From Sedimentisphaerales bacterium (lineage in GTDB: Bacteria > Planctomycetota > Phycisphaerae > Sedimentisphaerales > Anaerobacaceae), in assembly GCA_963708075.1 (NCBI GenBank), contig OY970194.1:5504001-5568000 (forward strand): DNA of 64,000 nt, given 5' to 3'. The position numbers were made by a program, and so were the translations under genes. Every line of letters starts with the position of its first letter. The stretch's first letter is position 1. This document shows, piece after piece, positions 1-8,416 of this stretch. The notes under the pieces were generated by a model. It did not search any database and had not been told where the DNA came from. It was given only the letters and a program-made list of their open reading frames with translations.

Positions 1-2
1 GC

Positions 3-314
3 CAACGTCATCCTGAAAAAAGGAGTCCTCTGAAGAGCGTTGAACTGCCTGACAGTAGGCGAGTGGTCTCAGACTGTGGGCGCTGGGCCATGATCGGGGG
101 ACAGGGCGCACACGCCTTTGCTGGCTTATCTGAGCCAGTCCTATCTGTGGCACCAGAGAGCGGTATCCGGAGACGCAACATTATCCTGCAAAAAATAGAA
201 AAGATCCTTGACACTGCGGGCGAATGTCCCACAATGGCAATCGTTGCGTTGCGCGAGGCAACCGGGCTGCGGAGAACGAGCCCAACTGATGAGACTATCT
301 TGGTGCGCAGGTGA
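3..314 (+). CDS. possible 3' end of a hypothetical protein running in from the window edge
   Basis: Frame is open from base 3 to TGA at 314. No recognisable motif. Confidence 0.25.
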   Translation, partial: QRHPEKRSPLKSVELPDSRRVVSDCGRWAMIGGQGAHAFAGLSEPVLSVAPESGIRRRNIILQKIEKILDTAGECPTMAIVALREATGLRRTSPTDETILVRR

Positions 315-582
315 ATTGAGCAGTTCTCATACAGATGCTTTGAGGGAACATCTCCTACCATAGCGCGATAGAATCCAGAGGTGCCTTAGGCGAAAGCCAA
401 CGCGGATCCCTCCGCGAATGGGTGGTGCATGGGGACTTCTCAGAATGTGCGCATCCATTTCGTGCGCGTTCCGTATCGTTCCGTATGGGTGAAAGGTGGT
501 GGTGTCTTATGAAATAACACAATTGTGCGCGTACAAAAGAATTTGGTCGGAGAAAGTGCAACTTTTTGTAGGGAGGCGAATC

Positions 583-1512
583 ATGAAGGTCGAAGTCTAC
601 AAACTGATTCTCGGGTTGGTCTTAGTCAGCCTTATGGGATTGTTGTACAGCGACGATTGCTTCGGTTACGAGTATGAGTATACGTGGAGTTGGGATATCA
701 GCAACCCTGAACCAGAAAGCTGGAGCGTCGCTCAGATGGGCTCTGGGTGGAAGTATTACGTAGCGCGGGGCCATTCGGGAGATGCGACGGCCGATCCAGC
801 CCCAGAAGATCCCGAACAAGACCCACCTCCCGCACAAATTGATTTTTCGTGCCTCGCCAGTGCATATGCCAACGCGGACGTCTTGAATCTATCTTCCGGC
901 AGCCTAAGCGCGAGCCATCAGTCGGGGTCGGGTGTCCGCGAGTGGTGGGATTGGACTGGTCCCGCCGGTAGCGAGCCCAACGTAAGATTCGTGATTAGCT
1001 ACGAGTACGGTGGAGACAGTGGTGCTTCAGCTGAGGTGCATGGGGAAGGCGTTTCCAGCGATCAACTAGGACCGGGGTGCGCAGGATGCTCGTACGCTGA
1101 GACAAACGCCGGTGGAGGCATGGCGGGCAATGATTATGAGTATCCCATCGTGGATTTCGCGGCACGTGGCCAAGGAGGGGGATATCTGGGCGGGACAGCA
1201 TTCGCGTGGGGTTCCGCGTACATTGACCCAGAGCTATCGGGCGATTGGACATCCATTGGGGACTCAGACCCCGGTGACTACATTTACGGTGGTGGGGCAA
1301 GCGTTGGCGTCGCTCGCCATGTCGGATCGTTTGGGACAACGTACAACATGCATCGTCTGAAGGTTTCACGAGGCGTTAGCTGCGACGCTCTTGCCGGCGC
1401 ATGGGCCTCATCGACGGGAGGCAGTGAAACATGGATTGCTGCTGGCCCAGCGGAGCCCGTCCACAGTGGTGCTGTGCTATATACAGACGTCGGCGTGGGG
1501 TGGGAGCCGTAA
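583..1512 (+). CDS. secreted hypothetical protein, Gly/Ser/aromatic-rich and acidic
   Basis: GGAGG at 572-576 precedes ATG 583. N-terminus MKVEVYKLILGLVLVSLMGLL looks like a signal peptide. No family recognised. Confidence 0.7.
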   Translation: MKVEVYKLILGLVLVSLMGLLYSDDCFGYEYEYTWSWDISNPEPESWSVAQMGSGWKYYVARGHSGDATADPAPEDPEQDPPPAQIDFSCLASAYANADVLNLSSGSLSASHQSGSGVREWWDWTGPAGSEPNVRFVISYEYGGDSGASAEVHGEGVSSDQLGPGCAGCSYAETNAGGGMAGNDYEYPIVDFAARGQGGGYLGGTAFAWGSAYIDPELSGDWTSIGDSDPGDYIYGGGASVGVARHVGSFGTTYNMHRLKVSRGVSCDALAGAWASSTGGSETWIAAGPAEPVHSGAVLYTDVGVGWEP

Positions 1513-1724
1513 CTTCTGCCCAAGTAGCCCCTGATCTGATGGCTATACGGGAAAAGGTCTTCTTTGAGAGAGGTCTGATCGATGAGACATGTGTGCCGGG
1601 AACAAGCAGGACGATGATTGCTCGCGTTCCCGGCACATCCTCAATCCTCTCAGAGGATTCATCTGAATTGCGCTGTTGAGCGATTCGTTGAAACGCGGAT
1701 AGCTAACACATAGGAGGACTTAAG

Positions 1725-2045
1725 ATGCAGAGGTTTCAACCACAGTGGAAGCGATGTTTGTCAATTTGGCTTATTGCCGGTGTTCTCGCGAGCCTCAATC
1801 TGTTGATTTATTGCAGTACCAAGTCGAATGCTGGTGACACGACGAAGTATGTGCTCCAACAAGAGGGTGCCATATCCAGGCCTGCTGAGCAACAGGTTCC
1901 GCAGGCTAGGCCCCAGGCTGATGTTGGTGGAGTCTATGAAGCATCGCTCGAAATGAAGGAGAATGTGGATTTTCTTCTTACCCCAGCAATGGTGATGCAA
2001 GAAGTGGTGTCCTATGAGTCTGTGATTACTTATACCTCGGAGTAG
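1725..2045 (+). CDS. small hypothetical protein with N-terminal hydrophobic anchor
   Basis: AGGAGG precedes ATG 1725. Hydrophobic segment LSIWLIAGVLASLNLLIY. Confidence 0.6.
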   Translation: MQRFQPQWKRCLSIWLIAGVLASLNLLIYCSTKSNAGDTTKYVLQQEGAISRPAEQQVPQARPQADVGGVYEASLEMKENVDFLLTPAMVMQEVVSYESVITYTSE

Positions 2046-2054
2046 ACAAACGCT

Positions 2055-3827
2055 ATGAAAGTGGGTATGAATCATTCGTCAGTCACGCTCCCTGTCTCGG
2101 GTCCATTGATAGTCATGACCCTGGTTCTGAGTGGATTGACAAATGCCCAGGTGGTGGCCCCAACCGGCAAGGCGCTGGGTGTCCTTCGATTCGACGCGAT
2201 CCTCGAACTTAATGCTCCCATCATGGAGACCCATGTGGTTTTCTTTGCACGGTATTGGGTTGGTCGGGATCATTATAGCGTTGGAGTAGTCTGGGCGGAG
2301 CCACATGAGGGAAACATCAACTTCCCATGTTACCCTGTGACTCTGGCGATAGAAAGCGACCGGGAGAAGTTCAGTCTCTCGCATCAAGTGCACCAAGGTC
2401 CAAATGCGCCATTTCCAAAGCCTGTTGGAAGACGGGGCCTCTTTCAGCACAGATTCAACGCATACGACCTGAATGAAATCAGGTTTGCTGAGGCCGATGC
2501 CACAGCTTCCCGGCTTTACACCCCCGATTTGGATCTCTCTTCCCTCCCCCAGGACGGCTGGACAGAGCGTGAACTATCGAATCGTGGCGAGGGTGTCGGA
2601 GATATAGGAGATATCCGGAAAATCAAGATCTTGACGCGTAGTGGACGATTGGAGGAAATGACGCTACTGGACAAAGACAACGAGGTTCTTAAGACGGTTG
2701 ACTACGAGTGGCGCGAGACGGAGTCCGGGTGGGCTGTTCAGTCTGAGAGAATTGCGCTTCCCTCAAGGCTGCTCGCAGCGGGTGGCGAGGGGACTACGGT
2801 GACAGTCAAGATGCACGGCAAGGAGCGTGTGCTCAATGAATTCGCCATTCGCCATCACGCAGGCGGACGCAGTGCAACGGTCCAGTACGAATCCACGAAA
2901 TTGGGCAGCGAGACGATCACAGTACCCGTTCGCATCGTCGTCAAAAGGACTGCTGACGGCTTGCTGTTACGTTCTGTGCGCATGTTCAACTTTGCGCGCG
3001 TGAACCAAGGTGCGACTGAATGTGCCCAGGCGGCCCGGCGCTTTGCCGCCCTCAGCGGCGGCGAAGAGCGCTGTCGGCAGATGCTTCTTAAATACTGGTT
3101 GAAGGATCCGTCCGATGTCAATCAGGCGGATGCGGAGGTCCTTAAGTCACTGCATCTTGACTTCACGCGCCAAGCTACCGAGGAAATAGAACCCGCTATG
3201 GCTCTAAAGCGCATCAACAAGTGCTTTGAAGTGGATTGGATGCTTGGAGATGGGACCACCCTGAAGACCGACTATTCGCACTACCTATCCATCTTGAAAG
3301 AATCGGACTTGAGCAAGACCATGTTGTTCGGGGGGTGGAGTGTGATCGAAACTAGTGTAAGGTGGGGTTTCCTTCGCCCGGCGAACGAGATGCTGCGCAC
3401 CTGGGTCGATGCAGTAGTCCCGATGCAGAATGTGGATTCTCTCCTCGAATTTGCACATTCGCAGTGTGAGCGTTCCCGTCTGTGGAGCACTGTTGTCCTG
3501 GCAGAGAGGTTACGTCAGAGCCCCTGTAGCACGGAACAGCGCTTTGAGATAGAGGCTTTGCGCTGTGAAGCGATCATAAAGTTGGTGACATCAATCGAGC
3601 GTGCTGAGGCTGTCAAAAGCGATTTCGTTGTTATGCAAGCGGGGTGGGTGGCATCGCAAATTGACTTGGCGACGCTTCGCAAGATGGGACGTGAAAGCTT
3701 GGCCGAGAGTAAGCTTCTCTATGCCCGGCTCACTGAACCATCGAACAGGTGCAACGCTCTTAAAAGCCGGATCGAAATGACGGCTCAACGCGTTTTAGAG
3801 AAGAACGCCTCCCAGGAGGACCAGTAG
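2055..3827 (+). CDS. hypothetical exported protein, 590 aa, helical-looking C-terminal half
   Basis: Long ORF with N-terminal hydrophobic segment (PLIVMTLVLSGLTNA). No family recognised. Confidence 0.7.
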   Translation: MKVGMNHSSVTLPVSGPLIVMTLVLSGLTNAQVVAPTGKALGVLRFDAILELNAPIMETHVVFFARYWVGRDHYSVGVVWAEPHEGNINFPCYPVTLAIESDREKFSLSHQVHQGPNAPFPKPVGRRGLFQHRFNAYDLNEIRFAEADATASRLYTPDLDLSSLPQDGWTERELSNRGEGVGDIGDIRKIKILTRSGRLEEMTLLDKDNEVLKTVDYEWRETESGWAVQSERIALPSRLLAAGGEGTTVTVKMHGKERVLNEFAIRHHAGGRSATVQYESTKLGSETITVPVRIVVKRTADGLLLRSVRMFNFARVNQGATECAQAARRFAALSGGEERCRQMLLKYWLKDPSDVNQADAEVLKSLHLDFTRQATEEIEPAMALKRINKCFEVDWMLGDGTTLKTDYSHYLSILKESDLSKTMLFGGWSVIETSVRWGFLRPANEMLRTWVDAVVPMQNVDSLLEFAHSQCERSRLWSTVVLAERLRQSPCSTEQRFEIEALRCEAIIKLVTSIERAEAVKSDFVVMQAGWVASQIDLATLRKMGRESLAESKLLYARLTEPSNRCNALKSRIEMTAQRVLEKNASQEDQ

Positions 3828-4020
3828 CGACCTCGCCCTCCCGCTCCAATGCCGAGAGGTTATTCCTTACCGATGGCACGCCATTTCGCGGGGAAACGGC
3901 CATGAACATACTCTCTCGTTGGAAGTCATAGCCCAAGAGTCCATAAGAAACTGCCGGGATCAGTCCAATCCGCGATCGCAAATCCGCAATCTGGCCGTCC
4001 CATAATCTGCAACTGGGCCC

Positions 4021-4049
4021 TTGACACGCGGGCGGGGCGGGGGTAGAAT
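4021..4049 (+). promoter_or_regulatory. sigma70-type promoter for the prepilin-type genes
   Basis: TTGACA (4021-4026), 17-nt spacer, TAGAAT (4044-4049). Confidence 0.7.
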
Positions 4050-4338
4050 TGATGGTTCGGTGAAGGACTGTCTCAATCGTGGGCCGGCACCGGGTGGAGT
4101 GGTTTAATCCGGCACGGCGGACAGCCTTTTGCATCTCATTGCGGCAGAAAAGGGTAAAAACATCGCACGGGAAGTGCCGAAGAAGGGAACAGTTATCGAG
4201 GCACGCGCATCTGTGCTTGGTACTGCGGCGGAATCGTGGGTGCAGCAGATCCATGGCAGGGCCAATGATGCATCCGGAGACTGCCGGTGGTGGGTAGAAT
4301 CGCCCATGTGGCGATAGAAGCTGATAAGGAGCCGCACA

Positions 4339-5199
4339 ATGGGTAAGCGTAAAGCGTTCACGCTGATCGAGTTGCTGGTTGTCATCGCGATCATCGCACT
4401 GCTGATGTCCATCCTCATGCCGGCCCTCGGCCGCGTGAGGAGGCAGGCCCGAGCAACAGCCTGCCTGGCGCAGCTCAAACAGTGGGGTTTGGCGTTTTCC
4501 CTGTATTGCCAGGACAACGACGGGTATTTCTTTAGCGGGGAGGTCCAGGGAGGCACCGCCAGCGTCGCCGCCACCATCGACGGAGTGACGAAATCGTGGA
4601 ATATAGGATCCGGCGGATTCTGGCGAATCACCATGGCGCCGTACTCCAAGGACCCGAAGATGTGGTGCTGCCCCCAGGCCCTCAAACCACTACCGGCCAA
4701 CAGTGCCACTATACCAGCAGGCGGCTGGACGTACGTGGCATGGAAGGTGGACGGCACCGTAGGCAGCTACGGCCTCAACGGCTGGGTCCTGAATTGCAAA
4801 GCCGCGAAGCAACCGGGCAACCGCACGACTGTATGGGGGCGGGCGGACAATGGTCGGCATTGGGGCGCCCCTCCGTCCCAGTACAGCAACGACGTGCCCG
4901 TATTTTCAGAGGGTTGGTGGGTGGACTTCTGGCCGCTTGACATTGACAACCCGCCGGCAGTCGAAGGGGGCCCGCAGGATATTGTCGGTCGCGACGAGAT
5001 GATCCGCGCTTGTGTCAATCGGCACGACGGCTTTGCGAACTCCGTATTCTGCGACTGGAGCGTAAGGAAGGTCGGCCTCAAGGAGCTGTGGACCCTCAAG
5101 TGGCACAAGACCTACAACACCCGCGGGCACTATACGAAGGGCGGCGGGATAATTGAGTCGGAATGGCCGCAGTGGATGAGGCACTTCAAGGAATACTGA
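4339..5199 (+). CDS. prepilin-type N-terminal cleavage/methylation protein (DUF1559-like, H-X9-DG family)
   Basis: [25 protein letters not shown] methylation motif. C-terminal RHDGFANSVFCDWSV is a variant of H-X9-DG. AAGGAG RBS. Confidence 0.9.
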   Translation: MGKRKAFTLIELLVVIAIIALLMSILMPALGRVRRQARATACLAQLKQWGLAFSLYCQDNDGYFFSGEVQGGTASVAATIDGVTKSWNIGSGGFWRITMAPYSKDPKMWCCPQALKPLPANSATIPAGGWTYVAWKVDGTVGSYGLNGWVLNCKAAKQPGNRTTVWGRADNGRHWGAPPSQYSNDVPVFSEGWWVDFWPLDIDNPPAVEGGPQDIVGRDEMIRACVNRHDGFANSVFCDWSVRKVGLKELWTLKWHKTYNTRGHYTKGGGIIESEWPQWMRHFKEY

Positions 5200-5292
5200 C
5201 AAATGATTGCCGATCCGGGCCTTCATGCGATGGCTGGGCGGTGTTTTTGACGATAGTGGGTGCTGACGCAGAATCGTGTAAGGAGCCGTACT

Positions 5293-6153
5293 ATGGACAA
5301 GAGCAGAAAAGGCTTTACGTTGATCGAATTGCTGGTCGTAATCGCCATCATTGCGTTGTTGATGGCCATCCTGATGCCTGCGCTGCAGCGGGCCAAAGAG
5401 CAGGGCCAGCGAGCGGTCTGCATGGGTACTCTCAAGCAGTTGACGCTCTGCTGGATCATGTACTCGGACGCCAACGACGATAGGCTGGTGAACGGCGAGG
5501 CCGGATTCCAACCCAATACCACGACCCACGTGAAGGAAATCGCCTGGGTCGGCAGGTGCTGGAAGGAGCCGTACAATTCGCCGACCGGCAAGCAATGGGC
5601 TATCGAGGGCACCAACGGCCAGAAAGCCAATATCATGAACGGCTCCATGTGGAGCTACACACAGGAACTCGACATGTATGCCTGTCCAACCGGTATCCGT
5701 GGCGAGTTGCTCACATACAACCTCATGGACGGCGTCAACGGCATGCCAAGGAACGGGACGCACACCAACGGCGTGGCCACGATTGGACCCAACGGCAAGA
5801 AAATGTGGGTCAAGAAGCGCGCCGAAATCGACCAGCCGACCTATAGATTGGTTTTCATCGACGAAGGCGCATCGACACCCGACAGCTTTGCCGTGAACTG
5901 GAACAGCAGCGTCACCACGTGGTGGGATGACCCGCCGGTCCGCCATGGGGACGGCACCGTCGTGTCATTTGCCGACGGCCACGTCGAGCACAAGAAGTGG
6001 AAGGCCGCGCAGACAATCAGCTTTGGCAGGCAGTATGCCAACTACAAGAGCCCCAACGGGTTCACTGCGTCAACCCCGGAGGAATTGAGCGATATCGAGT
6101 TCATTCACAAGGGCTGCTGGGGTCAGTCACATTCCAGTTTCCCCAAGTATTGA
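5293..6153 (+). CDS. prepilin-type N-terminal cleavage/methylation protein (DUF1559-like, H-X9-DG family)
   Basis: [25 protein letters not shown] and [24 protein letters not shown] before ATG 5293. Confidence 0.9.
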   Translation: MDKSRKGFTLIELLVVIAIIALLMAILMPALQRAKEQGQRAVCMGTLKQLTLCWIMYSDANDDRLVNGEAGFQPNTTTHVKEIAWVGRCWKEPYNSPTGKQWAIEGTNGQKANIMNGSMWSYTQELDMYACPTGIRGELLTYNLMDGVNGMPRNGTHTNGVATIGPNGKKMWVKKRAEIDQPTYRLVFIDEGASTPDSFAVNWNSSVTTWWDDPPVRHGDGTVVSFADGHVEHKKWKAAQTISFGRQYANYKSPNGFTASTPEELSDIEFIHKGCWGQSHSSFPKY

Positions 6154-6230
6154 GCGATTGGACCCTGGCGCAGCGAATGGGTGACCTGTTCGATCATCGC
6201 CTTGATAACCTGCTCGTGAATCGCAAACAC

Positions 6231-6266
6231 ACAGGCACAGTCCGATGGATTGTGCCTGTTTCATTT
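6231..6266 (+). terminator. intrinsic terminator, possibly bidirectional
   Basis: Hairpin ACAGGCACAGTCC-GAT-GGATTGTGCCTGT followed by TTCATTT, between convergent genes. Confidence 0.7.
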
Positions 6267-6277
6267 GTGCCGGCTGG

Positions 6278-6475
6278 TCAATCGGGGGGTCTGCAGGTGA
6301 GTACGACGGCCAGGAGGATGTGCCGCAGGCGGTCCAGGCTGACCGCATCGAGGTAGTCGTCCGTGAAGTCGAGCTTGAGGGCGTCCTGGAAGCCCTTGAT
6401 CTGCATCTTCAGCTCCTCCCTGCTGAGAGTAGCGATGGCGACCACACTGTGTTCGAAGTAGCTGCGAGCGTCCAC
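6278..6475 (-). CDS. small hypothetical protein
   Basis: 65 aa with natural amphipathic composition (LDFTDDYLDAVSLDRLRHILLA) and GC3-biased codons. GTG start. Confidence 0.6.
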   Translation of the reverse strand: MDARSYFEHSVVAIATLSREELKMQIKGFQDALKLDFTDDYLDAVSLDRLRHILLAVVLTCRPPD

Positions 6476-6704
6476 TTGTCCAAGCCTTACAATGGTTTGT
6501 CATTGCGGCTTGCGCTGTCCCGTCTTGCCGCCGCACAAGAGCTATCGGCCGCCCCGGCACGCGCGCTTCTGCGAAACCTGAGGCACGCTCGGCAATCCCC
6601 TCCAACAGCCAATTATTGGGCACAGAATTTTTTGTCGCCGGCGCGGCCGTCTGATAATCTGATACGATGGTTTTGGGAATCTTCGCGGCCTGGTGTCAGC
6701 ACTT

Positions 6705-6785
6705 GGGTGGCAGCGGCAAGCGCCGGCTTGCCGATGGTTTGCCCATCCGCCATCGGCAAAGCCTTCGACCTTGCCGCTGCCACCC
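6705..6785. repeat. REP-like palindrome, GGGTGGCA family
   Basis: Terminal inverted repeat GGGTGGCAGCGGCAAG ... CTTGCCGCTGCCACCC with an inner TTGCCGATGG/CCATCGGCAA stem. Confidence 0.8.
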
Positions 6786-6833
6786 GGAGACGTACTGTTT
6801 GCTGCAAGACTCACTCATAATCGTCTTGATGCC

Positions 6834-7886
6834 ATGAATATAGATCAGCTTGATTACGAGCTGCCGTCCGAGTTGATCGCGCAGGAGCCCGCTGCGGTGC
6901 GCAGCGAGTCCCGGCTGCTGGTGCTGGATCGGGCGACAGGGGGGCTGACGGACACGCGGTTCAGCCGGGTGGGCGACTTTCTGCGCCCGGGCGACTGCCT
7001 CGTCCTCAACGATACCCGCGTGCTGCCGGCGCGGTTTTTCGCCCGCCGCCGGACGGGGGGCAGGCTGGAAGGCCTGTTCCTGCGCACGACCGACATGCCT
7101 GAAGTCTGGGAGGTGATGCTCAAAGGCCAGCGCCGGCTCAAGTCGAGGGAGCACATCCAGCTCCAGAGCCGCGATGGATGGGATTACTGCCCGGCGGAAG
7201 TGCTCGCGAAAAAGTCTGATGGCGTCTGCCTGCTGGCCGTACCGGGAAAACCAACTCCGGAGGCGGTGCTTGCAGAGATCGGTTTTCCTCCGCTGCCGCC
7301 CTACATCCGCCGGGACCGCGACTTGGACAAAGCCCTCATTGACCGCGAGCGGTATCAGACCGTGTACGCCCGCCATCCGGGAGCCATAGCCGCCCCGACC
7401 GCCGGCCTGCACTTCACGCAGGAGCTGATTCAGCATCTGCAGGAGCAACAGGTGCGCTTCGCCCGCGTCACCCTGCACGTCGGCGCCGGCACGTTCAAGC
7501 CGATCGCGACCGAGCGCGTCGAAGATCATCCCATCCATCAGGAGTGGTACCGGATCGATGAGGAAAACGCGGCCGTCATCAACGCTGCCCGCGACGGCGG
7601 CGGACGCATCATCGCCATCGGCACGACCGCCGTGCGGACCCTGGAAACCGTCGCCGATGCCGGCCGGGTGAGCCCCGGCGCAGGCACGACGGACATTTTC
7701 ATCACGCCCGGCTACACCTTCAAAATCATCGATGCGATGATCACGAACTTTCACCTGCCCAGGTCCACGCTGCTCGCCCTGGTCGCCGCGTTCGCCGGCC
7801 TGGAGGAAATCCACAAGGCCTATCGCCACGCGATCGAGCAACGCTACCGCTTCTACTCCTATGGCGACGCCATGCTGATCATCTGA
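6834..7886 (+). CDS. queA: S-adenosylmethionine:tRNA ribosyltransferase-isomerase
   Basis: Motifs DYELPSELIAQEP, LVLNDTRVLPAR, PLPPYIRR, AAPTAGLHFT, TLHVGAGTF, TNFHLPRSTL, YRFYSYGDAMLI. Confidence 0.97.
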   Translation: MNIDQLDYELPSELIAQEPAAVRSESRLLVLDRATGGLTDTRFSRVGDFLRPGDCLVLNDTRVLPARFFARRRTGGRLEGLFLRTTDMPEVWEVMLKGQRRLKSREHIQLQSRDGWDYCPAEVLAKKSDGVCLLAVPGKPTPEAVLAEIGFPPLPPYIRRDRDLDKALIDRERYQTVYARHPGAIAAPTAGLHFTQELIQHLQEQQVRFARVTLHVGAGTFKPIATERVEDHPIHQEWYRIDEENAAVINAARDGGGRIIAIGTTAVRTLETVADAGRVSPGAGTTDIFITPGYTFKIIDAMITNFHLPRSTLLALVAAFAGLEEIHKAYRHAIEQRYRFYSYGDAMLII

Positions 7887-8416
7887 CGAACTGCGAGAGT
7901 GGCATCGTCAATCGCTGTTCGTAGTGACGCCGAGAGGCGTTCCTGCGTATGCCCTTACGGGCACACTACAAACAAAGCCCGCGGCTTTGGCGAAGGCCTG
8001 CTTGAATGCGCCAACGACCATCGGCACGCTGCGCTTGCCGCTGCCACACGGAGAACACGCTGCTTTTCACGGGCCTTTGGAGATTCTCCTGCCGCGCTTT
8101 AAGGAAATGCCTTACGACTCATCGCACAGTGCCGCACCGTATGTATGCACAGGTACGGCTCGTGCTGAAGGAGTGGGTGCGATTTCGTTACGCCATGGGG
8201 GTGGATATGACGGAAGCCGGATCAAGGTCAGTTGCCGACACTCAATCGTTCGTGGAAACGGATGTTGATGTCTGAGTAGCTCCGCCGGCAAGAGTATTGT
8301 GCAGTGCCGGTCGCTGCGATGCAGTCAACAGGAATTGCCTCCGAGAGCATCGTCCGGCCGGCGGAGGGGCGCCTCCTGGGAGAGGCGCCCCATATTTGAA
8401 CTGGAATTGAAGAAAC

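Noticed and set aside
1725..3827. Amber read-through joining the two in-frame ORFs (TAG at 2043-2045, ATG at 2055)
   Set aside because: The second ORF has its own hydrophobic N-terminus and a GGAG upstream. Nothing in the window indicates recoding.
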